NCBI GenBank assembly: GCA_963743305.1
Contig: CAVUPH010000043.1
Coordinates: 1 to 63,485, forward strand
Direction: 5' to 3'
DNA: 63,485 nucleotides
From: an uncultured delta proteobacterium
Lineage (GTDB): Bacteria > Desulfobacterota > RBG-13-43-22
Below, in pieces: positions 30,092-40,839 of the stretch. The notes under the pieces were generated by a model that was given only the letters and a program-made list of their open reading frames with translations, was not told where the DNA came from and did no database searches. Within the stretch, counting starts at the first letter, position 1. Every line of letters begins with the position of its first letter. The position numbers and the translations under genes were made by a program.

Positions 30092-30332
30092 ATGCCCAGG
30101 CGTTTTATTGAGGCCCCCGGACCGAGCCCAGTGGCCCCGCCGATGTTGCCGCCCAGGTCCGAATCTATCATCCACCTTCGGGCAGGCCCTGGTCAAGGGA
30201 AAGATCTCCCGTAGGGGCCAGGTGAAGACGTTTGATAATTACCGCCCCTTCGGGCCTGGAAATAACCCTGCAGAAACTTGGTATTCGGCGGACAACCTGT
30301 GGACGTTAAAGTTGATTTTTACTCAAATATAG
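30092..30332 (+). pseudogene. Relic of a class V (alanine-glyoxylate/serine-pyruvate) aminotransferase with a large internal deletion
   Basis: RBS GGAGG then MPRRFIEAPGPSPVAPPMLPPRSESIIHLRA (family N-terminus PGPTPV..IIHHR); then GQALVKGKISR..TFD and IITAPSGLEITLQKLG (family C-terminus) in shifted frames. Confidence 0.7.
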
Positions 30333-30344
30333 GGGGAAAGACAC

Positions 30345-31925
30345 ATGAAGGTTTTGGTAAGCGACAATATGTCGGAAAAAGGGATTGACCTCTTCAAGAA
30401 GGCCAAAGGGATTACCGTCGATGTGAAGACCGGACTGCCGCCCGAAGAACTGAAGGCCATCATTAAAGATTACGATGGCCTGGCCATCCGCAGCGCCACC
30501 AAGGTAACGTCGGAAATCATCGGCGCGGCCAAAAAGCTTAAAGTCATCGGTCGGGCCGGCATCGGGTTGGATAACGTGGATATCCCGGCCGCCACGCAGC
30601 GGGGGATTGTGGTCATGAATACGCCGGAAGGGAACACGATCACCACGGCGGAACATACTCTTTCCCTGATTCTGGCCATGACTCGGATGATCCCCCAGGC
30701 CACGGCCTCCCTGAAGGCCCAGAAATGGGAAAAAAAGAAATTTCAGGGCCGGGAAATTTTTAACAAGACCCTGGGCATTATTGGTATCGGCAAAATCGGT
30801 AGTATCGTGGCTGACCGGGCCAAAGGCCTCAAAATGAACGTCATTGCCTTTGACCCTTTCATCCAGTCCGAAACCATCTCCAAACAGGGCGTGGAAGGAG
30901 TGACTCTGGACGAACTTTACCGGCGGGCCGACTTTATCACCCTTCACGTGCCCAAGACCAAAGATACCCTGGGATTCATCAATGCCCAGGCTATGGCCAA
31001 AATGAAAAAAGGGGTCATGCTGGTCAACTGTTCCCGGGGCGGGGTGGTGGACGAGCAGGCCCTGGCTGAAGCCCTGACCAGCGGCCAGGTGGCGGCCGCG
31101 GCCCTGGACGTCTTCGAAAAAGAGCCGCCCGGGGATTCCCCTCTGATGCAATTGGACAACTTTATCTGCACTCCCCACCTGGGCGCCTCCACCAAAGAAG
31201 CCCAGGAAAATGTGGCCCTGAGTGTGGCCGAACAAATAATCGATTACCTGCTGAATGGGGTCATTCGGAACGCGGTGAACGTCCCCTCGGTGAGTGCCCA
31301 TCTGCTGGAACGAGTCAAACCCTATTTGACCCTGGCCGAGCGATTGGGAGCCTTTCAGGCTCAGATCATCCAGGGTGGGTTGACCGAGGTGGCGATCGAA
31401 TATCTGGGTGATGTGGCCGCCTTCGATACCCAGCCCATGACCGTTTCCCTGTTAAAAGGCCTGCTCACCCCGGCCTTGAGGGATGTGGTCAACTTTGTGA
31501 ATGCCCCCCTGTTGGCCAAGGAGCGAGGGATCAAGGTGGTCGAATCCAAAAGCGAAACCGCGGATGATTTTATTAACCTCATCACCCTCAAAGTAAAAAC
31601 CCAGTCCATGGAAAGCACTATTTCCGGTACTCTTTTCGGAAAATCTGAGCCGCGCATTGTGCGCCTGAACAACTTCCGTTTGGAGGCCGTCCCCCAAGGA
31701 CACATGCTGCTCATTACCAACATCGACCGCCCCGGGGTCATCGGGGCTATTGCCACCACCCTGGGCAAACACAACATCAATATTGAACGGATGCACGTGG
31801 GCCAGGAAAAGGACCAGGGAAACAACGTCATCCTGCTGACCACGGACCAGATTCTGTTGCCATCGGTGCTGAAAGATGTATCCGGGCTACCGCCCGTTTC
31901 CTCGGTCCAGGCCGTGGAATTATAA
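30345..31925 (+). CDS. serA: D-3-phosphoglycerate dehydrogenase (long form with ASB and ACT domains)
   Basis: IRSATKVT, RAGIGLDNVD, GIGKIG, TPHLGAST, DRPGVIG. Confidence 0.95.
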   Translation: MKVLVSDNMSEKGIDLFKKAKGITVDVKTGLPPEELKAIIKDYDGLAIRSATKVTSEIIGAAKKLKVIGRAGIGLDNVDIPAATQRGIVVMNTPEGNTITTAEHTLSLILAMTRMIPQATASLKAQKWEKKKFQGREIFNKTLGIIGIGKIGSIVADRAKGLKMNVIAFDPFIQSETISKQGVEGVTLDELYRRADFITLHVPKTKDTLGFINAQAMAKMKKGVMLVNCSRGGVVDEQALAEALTSGQVAAAALDVFEKEPPGDSPLMQLDNFICTPHLGASTKEAQENVALSVAEQIIDYLLNGVIRNAVNVPSVSAHLLERVKPYLTLAERLGAFQAQIIQGGLTEVAIEYLGDVAAFDTQPMTVSLLKGLLTPALRDVVNFVNAPLLAKERGIKVVESKSETADDFINLITLKVKTQSMESTISGTLFGKSEPRIVRLNNFRLEAVPQGHMLLITNIDRPGVIGAIATTLGKHNINIERMHVGQEKDQGNNVILLTTDQILLPSVLKDVSGLPPVSSVQAVEL

Positions 31926-31966
31926 AAACGTATTAAACCCTCATGCCCCTTGGGGCGTCACGAAGC

Positions 31967-32022
31967 ATGAAAATCCCCCCCCAGCCCCCCTTTTTCTAAG
32001 GGGGATTTAGGGGGATTTTCAT
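31967..32022. repeat. REP-like nested palindrome
   Basis: Perfect 13 bp IR ATGAAAATCCCCC/GGGGGATTTTCAT enclosing a C-run/G-run hairpin. Confidence 0.6.
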
Positions 32023-32040
32023 TTAGAACGATCTTAGCAC

Positions 32041-32475
32041 ATGGCGCTCTCCACTCCAACCTTCGGCCCATCGCTTTGGGTAGGCCTAAAAAAGGGCCTT
32101 TGGGCCTCAGGGGGCATTATCAAGGTCATGTTCCCGGTGACCCTGGCCGTGACCTTGATGAAAGTCACCCCTCTGCTGGACTGGCTGGCCGAGATCTTTC
32201 GGCCGGTGATGGGAGGATTTGGCCTGCGGGGGGAAACGGCCCTGCCGTTTATCTTAGGTTCGGTCCTCAACTTGTATGTGGCCATCGGAGCCATGATCCC
32301 ATTGGGTTTGACCCCCAAGGAGATCACCATTTTAGCCACCATGTTGTTGATTTCCCATAACCTGTTCGTGGAAACCGCGGTGATCAAGGGCATTGGCGCG
32401 CCCTGGGTTCCGCTGTTGCTCCTGCGTCTGGGGGCGGCTTGTTTCATGGGATTTATCCTCTCCCTGATCCTTTAA
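32041..32475 (+). CDS. Nucleoside-recognition (Gate) domain membrane protein
   Basis: PVMGGFGLRGETAL, SHNLFVETAV; multi-TM. Confidence 0.75.
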   Translation: MALSTPTFGPSLWVGLKKGLWASGGIIKVMFPVTLAVTLMKVTPLLDWLAEIFRPVMGGFGLRGETALPFILGSVLNLYVAIGAMIPLGLTPKEITILATMLLISHNLFVETAVIKGIGAPWVPLLLLRLGAACFMGFILSLIL

Positions 32476-32478
32476 CCT

Positions 32479-32943
32479 ATGTTCCCGGTACCCGTTCAAA
32501 CGGAACTGCTCCAATCCCTGTTTTCCTTCCTCTGGGTCTCCCTGATGATCCTGCTGATCGTCACTCCGATCATAGCCCTCATGGAACTGCTCCGCCTTTA
32601 TAAACTCCTGGATCCCCTGCTCAACCCCCTGCACCGTCTCTTTGGCTGGATGCGTATCCGCAAGGAATCCGTAGTGGCCCTGTTTGTAGGAATTATTTTC
32701 GGGATCGCCTATGGAGGCGGCGTGCTGCTGGAAGAAAAAAGGTCCGGGGCCTTAAACCGGAGGGACGCCCTGTTGGTGGGAATTTTCCTCAGCCTCAGCC
32801 ACGCCCTCATAGAAGACACCCTGATTTTTGTAGCCATTGGCGCCGATTGGGTGGTGATCTTATTGGCTCGAATCCTTTTTACTATGGTCATTATGCTGGC
32901 CCTTCGTTTTGTCATCCCTTGGGGCGATCAGGCCCGGAATTGA
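32479..32943 (+). CDS. Nucleoside-recognition (Gate) domain membrane protein, partner of the previous gene
   Basis: GIIFGIAYGGG, SHALIEDT. Confidence 0.75.
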   Translation: MFPVPVQTELLQSLFSFLWVSLMILLIVTPIIALMELLRLYKLLDPLLNPLHRLFGWMRIRKESVVALFVGIIFGIAYGGGVLLEEKRSGALNRRDALLVGIFLSLSHALIEDTLIFVAIGADWVVILLARILFTMVIMLALRFVIPWGDQARN

Positions 32944-33026
32944 TCCGAGATCTATTTTTTATTGAATTTTCCCCCTGTCTGGATTAAGTATTTGAGTGCC
33001 TAATCTAAAAAAGAGGAGGAATCGCT

Positions 33027-34590
33027 ATTCATTTAGCCGAACTACTACTGAAAGCCGTCAGGGCCTATCCCCATAAACAGGCCGTTCGCTGCCCTGAGAG
33101 GCGCCTTTACCTACGAGGAGTTCGCCCAAAGGGTCTATCGACTGGCCCGATTCCTGACCGAAAAGGGTCTGCGGGAAGGCGACCGGGTGGCCATTTTACA
33201 ATACAATTGCCATACTTTCCTGGAGGCCTACTTCGCTGCGGCGCTCACCAACACTATTTTGGTCCCCCTTAATTACCGTCTTTCAGCCAAAGAAATCGAT
33301 TTTATTTTAAGGGATTCGGAATCCCGAATCCTGATCGCCCAGGCCGATTTTTCCTCGAAGACCCCTTCCCCTGAATCCCGGCCGCCCGCTCTGGAATCTA
33401 CGATCTGGATCGATCCCCGGGCTCAAATGAGGTCCGCCGATCTGGAATATGAAGGACTGCTGGCCTCCGCCTCCGCGGATCCGCTCCAGCCCCGGGGTCC
33501 GGGGGACGATGCCGTGGCTCAGATTTATTACACCAGCGGGACCACCGGTCGTCCCAAGGGGGTCATGTTAACCCACCGGAATGACGCCCTCCATGCCCTG
33601 GGCACTATCGCCGAGTTGAACCTTAAGGATACGGATGTCTGGATCCATGTGGCCCCCCTGTTTCATCTGGCCGATGCCTGGGCCACCTGGGCCGTTACCT
33701 GGGTGGGGGGAACCCACGTTATCGTTCGCGAATTCAACCCCCAGACGGTCCTAGACACCATGGTCCGGGAAAAAGTGAGCCTGACCAACATGATCCCCAC
33801 CATGCTCAACCTGCTCATCCATCACCCCGGCTTTGAGGCCTACACCTTCCCTCACCTGCGGCTCCTCCTGAGCGGAGGGGCCCCTATCGCCCCGGAAACA
33901 GTGCGCAAAATCATTGAGGGCTTCCGCTGTGATTATGTCCAGACGTACGGCATGACCGAAACCAGTCCCTATTTGACCCTCTCGCTCTTAAAGGCGCATT
34001 TGAAATCCTTACCGCCGGAAGAACAGCTTTTTTACAAGGCCAAAACCGGACGGGAATTCATCGGGATCTCGCTCAAAGTCGTCCGGGATAACGGTCAGGA
34101 AGTACTCCCCGACGATCAGGAGGTGGGTGAAATTATCGTCCGGGGAGATACCATCACCCCGGGTTACTGGAGACTTCCCGAGGAAACCCAAAAAGCCTTT
34201 AAGGACGGCTGGCTTTACACCGGCGATCTGGCGGTCATCGACCGGGAAGGTTATGTCAACATCGTGGACCGCAAAAAAGACATGATCCTTTCCGGCGGAG
34301 AAAACATTTACTCCACCGAAGTCGAAAATATCCTTTATCAACACCCCCAGATCCTGGAAGCCGCCGTATTCGGCATCCCCGACCCCAAATGGGGAGAAGC
34401 GGTCCAGGCGACCGTGGTCTTGAAATCCGGGGAGCAGACCACGGCCGAGGAAATTATCCGCTTTTGTAAAGACCATCTGGCCCATTACAAGGCCCCCAAA
34501 GGAGTGGCCTTTCTGGATCAGTTACCGCGCACCGGATCAGGAAAGCTTTATAAGAAAGCCCTGCGGGATCCCTATTGGGGGAAAGGATAA
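33027..34590 (+). CDS. Long-chain acyl-CoA ligase (AMP-forming); 5' frameshift near 33105, start uncertain
   Basis: YTSGTTGRPKG, YGMTE, GWLYTGD, DRKKDMILSGGEN, LPRTGSGK; upstream frame HLAELLLKA follows RBS AGGAGG. Confidence 0.88.
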
Positions 34591-34664
34591 AATGTGCGAT
34601 AAACGTTACCAAAACTATTTGAACTTTTTGCTTTAAAATTCGAATTCCAAAGGAGGCACGTATC

Positions 34665-35661
34665 ATGGACAAGATTGATGATCAGGGAATGAACCGGCGC
34701 AATTTTTTGAAATTGACGGGGGCCCTCGGCTTGGGGAGTTTAGTTTCAACCCCCTCCTGGTCCTTGGCCCAGACCAAAACTCGCCTTTCCATAGCCACGG
34801 GCGGTACCGGCGGGGTTTATTATCCCTACGGCGGGGGTATGGCGGCCGTACTGTCCAGGCACCTGCCGGGCGTGGAGGCCACGGCCGAAGTAACCGCCGC
34901 TTCGGTGGACAACTGCAAGCTGGTGGCCGCCCAGAAAGCCGATCTGGGTTTCGTCATGGGGGATACGGCCCATGATGCTTATGCCGGGACCGGCAAGTTC
35001 AAGGAAAAATTACCCCTGCGCAATCTGGCCGTCCTCTATTCCAACTTCATGCATATCGTCACCCTGGACGGCAAGGGGATCAACACGGTTGCCGATCTGA
35101 AAGGAAAGAATGTCTCCACCGGGGCCCCGGGATCCGGCACTGAAGTCAAAGCCCTGCGGGTTCTGGAGGCCTACGGCCTCAATCCGGATAAGGATGTCAC
35201 CCGCGACCGGTTGGGCGCCACGGAATCCGCCGGCGCCTTGAAAGACCGGAAAATCGACGCCTATTTCTGGGACGGCGGTCTGCCTACCGCCTCTATCCTG
35301 GATGTGGGGGCTACTCCCGGGATCAAGATCAAGCTGATCGGTCAGGAAGACGCCATACCCAAAATGGTGGCCAAATACGGGCCGGTCTATTTCAAGGGGA
35401 AAATCCCCAAAAAAGACCTATCCGGGGGTGGATACGGACACTGCGGTAGCGGCCGTGGCCAATGTCCTTATCTGCCATGAAAAAATGGATCCCACCCTGG
35501 CCTACAACATCCTGAAAACCCTCTTCGCCTACAAACCGGAACTGGTGGCCGTCCATAAGGAAGCCAACCACCTGACTATCGAGAGTGCCGTCGAAGGCTC
35601 CCCTATCCCTTATCATCCCGGAGCCATTAAATTTTATAAGGAAAAAGGGGCCAAACTATAA
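34665..35661 (+). CDS. TAXI-family TRAP substrate-binding protein with Tat signal; frameshift in the A-run near 35412
   Basis: RRNFLK, ATGGTGGVYY, GAPGSGTE, PYHPGA. Confidence 0.88.
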
Positions 35662-35669
35662 CTTTTTTT

Positions 35670-36134
35670 ATGGGTAGGAATTGGGGGAAACGGGCTGGTC
35701 TTTGGATGATATTCGGGGCTGGCCTTCTTTTCCCCCTCCCCGCCCCAGCCGTTCAAACGCTGCAGATTGTGCTGGAGGATTCGGGTAAAATTTATTGGGA
35801 AAGCCCCGATTCCGGATGACGGTTCGTTCATCCTCCTCCATTGCAATTCCATTTACGACGCCTGGGTGGAGGAGCGGTTTCAAACGGACCAGCCTGGGGC
35901 GGATCCGGCTGACGGCGGTCAAAACCCAAAGTCCGGCCGTACTGGAATACTATGGTCTGGAAACCGTCTCGAACGAACTGGATCTTTATATCCCGCTCCT
36001 TGGAAAGGCTTTCCCTGTTCGTTTCCTCTCGGGGCCTCGTTTCCTTGTTTCTTGATCAGAAGCGGATCCCCTTGTCGGCGGTTCTGCCCGACGGGACCCG
36101 GACCGAAGTCAGAGTCGTCCCCGGGAATAAGTAA
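35670..36134 (+). CDS. DUF1850-like small TAXI-associated protein; several frameshifts
   Basis: Position between SBP and fused permease; F.L.H.NSI...VEE.F pattern pieced from short ORFs. Confidence 0.55.
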
Positions 36135-36188
36135 ATGAGTTTGCATGAAAATAGCATTTAACCAGAATCAGGCTAGGAGCCCCAGGCC

Positions 36189-38147
36189 ATGGAAGAAAGA
36201 AAGGTTGTAGCGGAACAACCGGTCTCGATCAGCGAAGCCCAGCTAAAAGAGGCTGAAAAATTCATCGAAGAGGAAGAGGGGGTCACCCGACGCCTATCGG
36301 GATCCTTCGAGACCTTCATCACCGTCGTGGCCGTAATCATGTCCCTCTACCATCTCTACGCAGCGGTGGCTACCATAACCACCCAGATCCTGCGGGGAGT
36401 ACATGTGGCCTTTGTTTTATTCTTGGGCTTTCTGGTCTTCCCGCCAAATCGAACCTCCAAACAACGGATCGCCTGGTACGATGTCCTCCTGGCCTTAATG
36501 GGAGTGGCCACCATCGTCTACATGCTGTTTGATTTTGAAGAATTCATCTACCGGGCCGTGACCCCCACCTCCTGGGACCTCCTTTTCGGGGTTGTATTTA
36601 TTCTCTTGGTACTGGAAGTCGCCCGCCGGGCCACCGGCTGGGTCATGCCCTTCATCTGCGCCCTCTTCCTGCTTTACGCCTATATCGGTCCCTCCCTGCC
36701 CGCTCCCTGGACCCACCGGAGCTACGACCTGGAGCGGATCGTAGGCCACATGTACATGACGCTGGAAGGCATCTTCGGCGTCCCCATCGACGTCTCTTCG
36801 ACCTTCATCATCCTTTTCACCATTTACGGAGCCGTCCTGGAATATTCGGGGGCCGGTAAATTTTTCATCGATTTTTCCTTTGCCGCCATGGGACGGAAAC
36901 CTACCGGGGCCGGAAGGACGGTGGTCCTGGCCTCTTTTCTTCTGGGAGGGCCTTCGGGCAGCGGGGTAGCCACCACGGTTACCCTGGGATCGGTGGCCTA
37001 TCCCATGCTGGCCAAGGCCGGGTACGACAAGGATTCGGCCGGCGGCCTGCTCTCGGCCGGCGGCATCGGGGCCATCATCTCTCCGCCGGTCCTGGGAGCG
37101 GCCGCCTTCCTGATTGCGGAGATATTAAAAATCTCCTACCTGGATGTCATCCGCATGGCCGTCATGCCGACCATCCTCTATTATCTGTCCATCTTCCTGA
37201 TGGTGGAATTCGATGCCAAAAAATTCGGGGCTCAAAAGGTGGCCGTTGACGAAATCTACAGCCTGGGACAGTTGACCCGGATGTACTGGTTTCATTTCAC
37301 CTCCCTGATTGCCATTGTGGCCTTGATGCTGGTCGGATTTACTCCCATCTTGAGCGTTTTTTACGCCACGCTGATCGCCGTGGGGGTCAGTTTCATCCGG
37401 TCCGATACGGCCTTGAAACCCAGAAAACTCATCGGCGCCCTCCGGGGGGGGTCCATCGGGGTCCTGGGCGTGGCCGCCACCTGCGCCTGTGCCGGGATCA
37501 TCGTCGGAGTGGTCACCCTGACCGGTCTGGGCCTCAAGTTCAGCTCGATCGTCATTGATTACGCCGGGGGAAACCTTTTGCTGACCTGCATCTTCACCGG
37601 GATCCTCATGTGGATCATCGGCCTGGCCGTTCCGGTCACTGCCTCCTATATCATCGGAGCGGTCATCGCCGCCCCCGCCCTGATCATGCTGAAAGTCCCG
37701 GAAATTGCCGCGCATATGTTCATCTTCTACTACGCGGTCCTCTCCGAGGTCTCCCCACCCACCGCCCTTTCACCTTTTGCCGCTGCCGCCCTCACCGGGG
37801 GAAATCCTTACAAAACCACCATGATGGCCTGGAAATACACCTTGCCGGCCTTCATTGTTCCTTTTATGTTTACCCTTCATCCGGACGGCGTGGGATTGCT
37901 GCTGGTCGGGTCCTGGCCCCTGATCATTTGGACCTCCCTTACCTCCATGATCGGCATCGCCGCCCTGGCCGGGGGGGTGGATGCCTGGTTTTTGAGGCGG
38001 GCCAATTGGCTCGAACGGATCCTGCTGATCGCCGGGGGGCTCATGCTGGTTTACTCCTCCTGGATATTTGATGCCGTCGGATTGGGCCTGGTCGCCCTGG
38101 TAATTTTCATCCAGAAATTCACCCCCAAAATGTCTCCCGGATCTTAA
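36189..38147 (+). CDS. TRAP transporter fused 4TM/12TM permease
   Basis: EGIFGVP, SGSGVA, PPVLGAAAF, HMFIFYYA, SPPTAL. Confidence 0.92.
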   Translation: MEERKVVAEQPVSISEAQLKEAEKFIEEEEGVTRRLSGSFETFITVVAVIMSLYHLYAAVATITTQILRGVHVAFVLFLGFLVFPPNRTSKQRIAWYDVLLALMGVATIVYMLFDFEEFIYRAVTPTSWDLLFGVVFILLVLEVARRATGWVMPFICALFLLYAYIGPSLPAPWTHRSYDLERIVGHMYMTLEGIFGVPIDVSSTFIILFTIYGAVLEYSGAGKFFIDFSFAAMGRKPTGAGRTVVLASFLLGGPSGSGVATTVTLGSVAYPMLAKAGYDKDSAGGLLSAGGIGAIISPPVLGAAAFLIAEILKISYLDVIRMAVMPTILYYLSIFLMVEFDAKKFGAQKVAVDEIYSLGQLTRMYWFHFTSLIAIVALMLVGFTPILSVFYATLIAVGVSFIRSDTALKPRKLIGALRGGSIGVLGVAATCACAGIIVGVVTLTGLGLKFSSIVIDYAGGNLLLTCIFTGILMWIIGLAVPVTASYIIGAVIAAPALIMLKVPEIAAHMFIFYYAVLSEVSPPTALSPFAAAALTGGNPYKTTMMAWKYTLPAFIVPFMFTLHPDGVGLLLVGSWPLIIWTSLTSMIGIAALAGGVDAWFLRRANWLERILLIAGGLMLVYSSWIFDAVGLGLVALVIFIQKFTPKMSPGS

Positions 38148-38274
38148 AAAAAAGTTGACTTTGCCTACCACCCATGGTAAAGGTATCAAAATTTTTGGAC
38201 TATCTTTAAATTATTAAACTAATTCAACAAATTAATAATATAATTGGTCTTTTTGCCGCACCGCATAGGGGTTA

Positions 38275-38496
38275 GTGCAGGAGGAGACCCGAAAATATTT
38301 TCGTTTATTAGCCATGGTCAGTTCCATGGGTATTTCCATGGGGCTGTCGCTGGTAATCGGGCTGGTGATCGGATACTATTTAGATAAGTGGCTTCAAACC
38401 CAACCCGTGTTCTTTTTTATTTTTTTGCTTTTCGGGATCGTCGCCGGGTTTAAGAATATCTTGATCATTCTGAAAAAAACCCAGGACAAGATTTGA
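38275..38496 (+). CDS. AtpZ/AtpI-family (ATP synthase gene 1) protein
   Basis: GYYLDKWL..P.F..GIVAGF, first gene of the Fo operon. Confidence 0.85.
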   Translation: MQEETRKYFRLLAMVSSMGISMGLSLVIGLVIGYYLDKWLQTQPVFFFIFLLFGIVAGFKNILIILKKTQDKI

Positions 38497-38530
38497 AAGC
38501 CTTCCCGGCAGGCCCTCTTTTTATCGATCT

Positions 38531-38941
38531 ATGGATTTATTCGATAGAATAAAAGGAAACGATACCGACCCGTTGTTGCAAAAAATCCGGATGATGAACG
38601 CCGCGGTCTGGATTTCCATGATCGGAGCCAGCCTTTGGTTATGGCCGTGGCGTTTTACCCTGGGAGTCGTGGCCGGTGGATTGGTCATTCTCATTAATTT
38701 TCACCTGTTATCCCGGGTGCTGAAATCAGGCTTAACCCCCGGGCAACTGACCACTCCCATGGCGGTTATCGTTAAATATTATTTGCGGCTATTGGGGACC
38801 GCGCTGGTTCTTTACATCCTGATTGCCTACCGGCTGGTGAATCCCTTCGGGCTGATCCTGGGACTGTCGGTAGTCGTCATCAATCTTACCCTGGTAGGGT
38901 GCAACGAGATGAGGAAAATCCTTTTCAAGGAGGCCAATTAA
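38531..38941 (+). CDS. atpI: ATP synthase protein I
   Basis: Four TM segments, NF.LL and YYLR motifs, directly before atpB. Confidence 0.75.
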   Translation: MDLFDRIKGNDTDPLLQKIRMMNAAVWISMIGASLWLWPWRFTLGVVAGGLVILINFHLLSRVLKSGLTPGQLTTPMAVIVKYYLRLLGTALVLYILIAYRLVNPFGLILGLSVVVINLTLVGCNEMRKILFKEAN

Positions 38942-38945
38942 TTTT

Positions 38946-39635
38946 ATGGAACACCCGATTTTTTTCCTGACCAAGCTTTTGGAGGTCTTAGGGTTAGGCC
39001 ATTTTGCCCACGCCTACCCGCATGTAACCTTCACCTGGCTGATCATGCTGCTCATGATTGTATTCGGCTGGATCGCTACCAAGACCATCCAATTAGTCCC
39101 CTACGGCGGCCAGAATCTGTTTGAAGCGGTGATCGACGGGGTAGAAAATTTTCAGGTTGAGGTCATGGGTGAACACGGACGGGTTTTTTTCCCCCTGATC
39201 GCCACTTTTTTTCTTTTTATATTTGTGTCCAACGTGTTGGGGTTGGTACCGGGATTTTTCTCTCCTACGGCCAACATCAATACCACGCTGGCCTGCGCCC
39301 TGATCGTCTTCATCACTACCCATATCGTGGGCATCAAAATTCACGGACCAAAGTATATTAAACACTTCCTGGGGCCCATCTGGTGGTTGGCCCCGCTGAT
39401 GCTCCCCATTGAAATCATCGGCCACCTCTCCCGGGTCCTCTCCCTGACCCTGCGTTTGTTCGGCAATATCATGGGTGAGGATCTGGTCCTGGCCATTCTT
39501 CTAATGCTGGCCGGCCAATTCTTAGCTCCCCTGCCGATGATGTTTCTGGCGGTATTTACCAGCTTCGTGCAGGCCTTTATCTTTTCCCTGCTGTCCATGC
39601 TCTATATCTCGGGAGCCATGGAACACGCCCATTAA
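38946..39635 (+). CDS. atpB: ATP synthase Fo subunit a
   Basis: [23 protein letters not shown]. Confidence 0.96.
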   Translation: MEHPIFFLTKLLEVLGLGHFAHAYPHVTFTWLIMLLMIVFGWIATKTIQLVPYGGQNLFEAVIDGVENFQVEVMGEHGRVFFPLIATFFLFIFVSNVLGLVPGFFSPTANINTTLACALIVFITTHIVGIKIHGPKYIKHFLGPIWWLAPLMLPIEIIGHLSRVLSLTLRLFGNIMGEDLVLAILLMLAGQFLAPLPMMFLAVFTSFVQAFIFSLLSMLYISGAMEHAH

Positions 39636-39681
39636 CCGACAAAAGGAAGAAGGCATATCTTATAGAAAGGAGGATGGTTCT

Positions 39682-40050
39682 ATGGTAAGAAAAGTGTTGG
39701 TATTAACCGCGATAGCTCTGCTGAGCATGGTGGCCGTGGCCTTTGCCGAGGCTAATCCGCAGGTAGCCGCCGCCGGGTTGAACGTCTATTTCGGCGTTGT
39801 CCTGGCAGCCGGTTTGGCGATTGGGATCGCCGCCCTGGGAACAGGTATCGGCCAAGGTCTCGGACTCAGGGGCGCCGTGGAAGGCGTGGCTCGGAACCCG
39901 GAAGCTTCCGGGAAGATCACCGTAACCATGCTGATCGGTCTGGCCATGATCGAGTCTCTGGCTATTTACGCTCTGGTCGTGTCCCTGATCCTGCTCTACG
40001 CGTACCCGATGGCGACGCCGATCGCTAAGATGATTGGCCTCCCCATGTAA
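39682..40050 (+). CDS. atpE: ATP synthase Fo subunit c with N-terminal hydrophobic extension
   Basis: [21 protein letters not shown]. Confidence 0.96.
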   Translation: MVRKVLVLTAIALLSMVAVAFAEANPQVAAAGLNVYFGVVLAAGLAIGIAALGTGIGQGLGLRGAVEGVARNPEASGKITVTMLIGLAMIESLAIYALVVSLILLYAYPMATPIAKMIGLPM

Positions 40051-40064
40051 CCTTTTTGATTTGC

Positions 40065-40101
40065 AAGGGGTTATTGGCCAATACCCAATAACCCCTTTTT
40101 T
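40065..40101 (+). terminator. Intrinsic terminator after atpE
   Basis: 13 bp stem AAGGGGTTATTGG/CCAATAACCCCTT with T-run. Confidence 0.8.
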
Positions 40102-40111
40102 AGGCCAATTC

Positions 40112-40129
40112 ATGTGCCACTATTCACAT
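40112..40129. promoter_or_regulatory. Rex operator upstream of rex (autoregulation)
   Basis: ATGTGCCACTATTCACAT resembles TTGTGAA-N4-TTCACAA. Confidence 0.65.
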
Positions 40130-40149
40130 AACCTAAAAGGGATCACCCG

Positions 40150-40839
40150 ATGAAATTTTCCAGGATTCCAGCGGCGGCCATTACCCGCCTTTCACGGTAC
40201 ACCCGGGCGCTGGAAGAGCTGGATGCCCAAAAGATTAAAGTCATCTCTTCGGAAAAGTTGGCCGAATACTGTGAAGTCAATTCGGCTCAAATTCGTAAAG
40301 ATCTCGCTTACTTTGGAGAATTCGGCGTTCGGGGCGTTGGCTATTTTGTCAGAGAACTGCTGTTTGAAATCAGGAGGATCTTAGGGCTAAACAAAGAATG
40401 GAACCTGGCCATTGTTGGCATGGGGAATTTGGGTTGCGCCTTAATCGCCCATTCCAATTTCGCCAGGCAGGGCTATCGGTTTGTGGCCGCCTTTGATGTG
40501 GACCCCGAAAAGATCGGCCGAATTTTGCCGGGGGGTATCACCATCGCGCCCATGAGCGCCTTAAAAAAAGAGTCCTTGGAAAAAGAGGTGGAAGTCGCCG
40601 TAATCGCCACCCCGGCCTCCAAGGCTCAGGAAGTCGTCAACCAGATCGTCGAGGTTCCGATCCACGGGATTTTGAATTTTTCCCCCGCCCAACTGCATCT
40701 GCCTGAGGGTTTCCTGGTCCATCATATTGACTTCACGGTGAAGCTGGACCGTTTGGCCTACCGCTTAAGCCACTTGACGGGACCCGGCCGGAATACCGAG
40801 CTAAACGACAAACCCTGGATTTCCAAGCACCTGCTTTAA
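40150..40839 (+). CDS. rex: Redox-sensing transcriptional repressor Rex
   Basis: [36 protein letters not shown]. Confidence 0.95.
   Translation: MKFSRIPAAAITRLSRYTRALEELDAQKIKVISSEKLAEYCEVNSAQIRKDLAYFGEFGVRGVGYFVRELLFEIRRILGLNKEWNLAIVGMGNLGCALIAHSNFARQGYRFVAAFDVDPEKIGRILPGGITIAPMSALKKESLEKEVEVAVIATPASKAQEVVNQIVEVPIHGILNFSPAQLHLPEGFLVHHIDFTVKLDRLAYRLSHLTGPGRNTELNDKPWISKHLL

Noticed and set aside
30085-30296. Apparent riboswitch or ncRNA upstream of serA (long-range stem 30085-30101 with 30254-30269, two CCTTCGGG tetraloop-like hairpins)
   Set aside because: No match by eye to glycine, SAM, SAH, ZTP, T-box, cobalamin or 6S signatures. The region is better explained as an aminotransferase relic, and GC-rich DNA gives such stems by chance. 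A covariance search would be needed to revive it.
40801-40839. 39 bp convergent overlap of rex and uvrA as a regulatory device
   Set aside because: Short tail-to-tail overlaps are common and the Rex tail looks like a non-conserved extension
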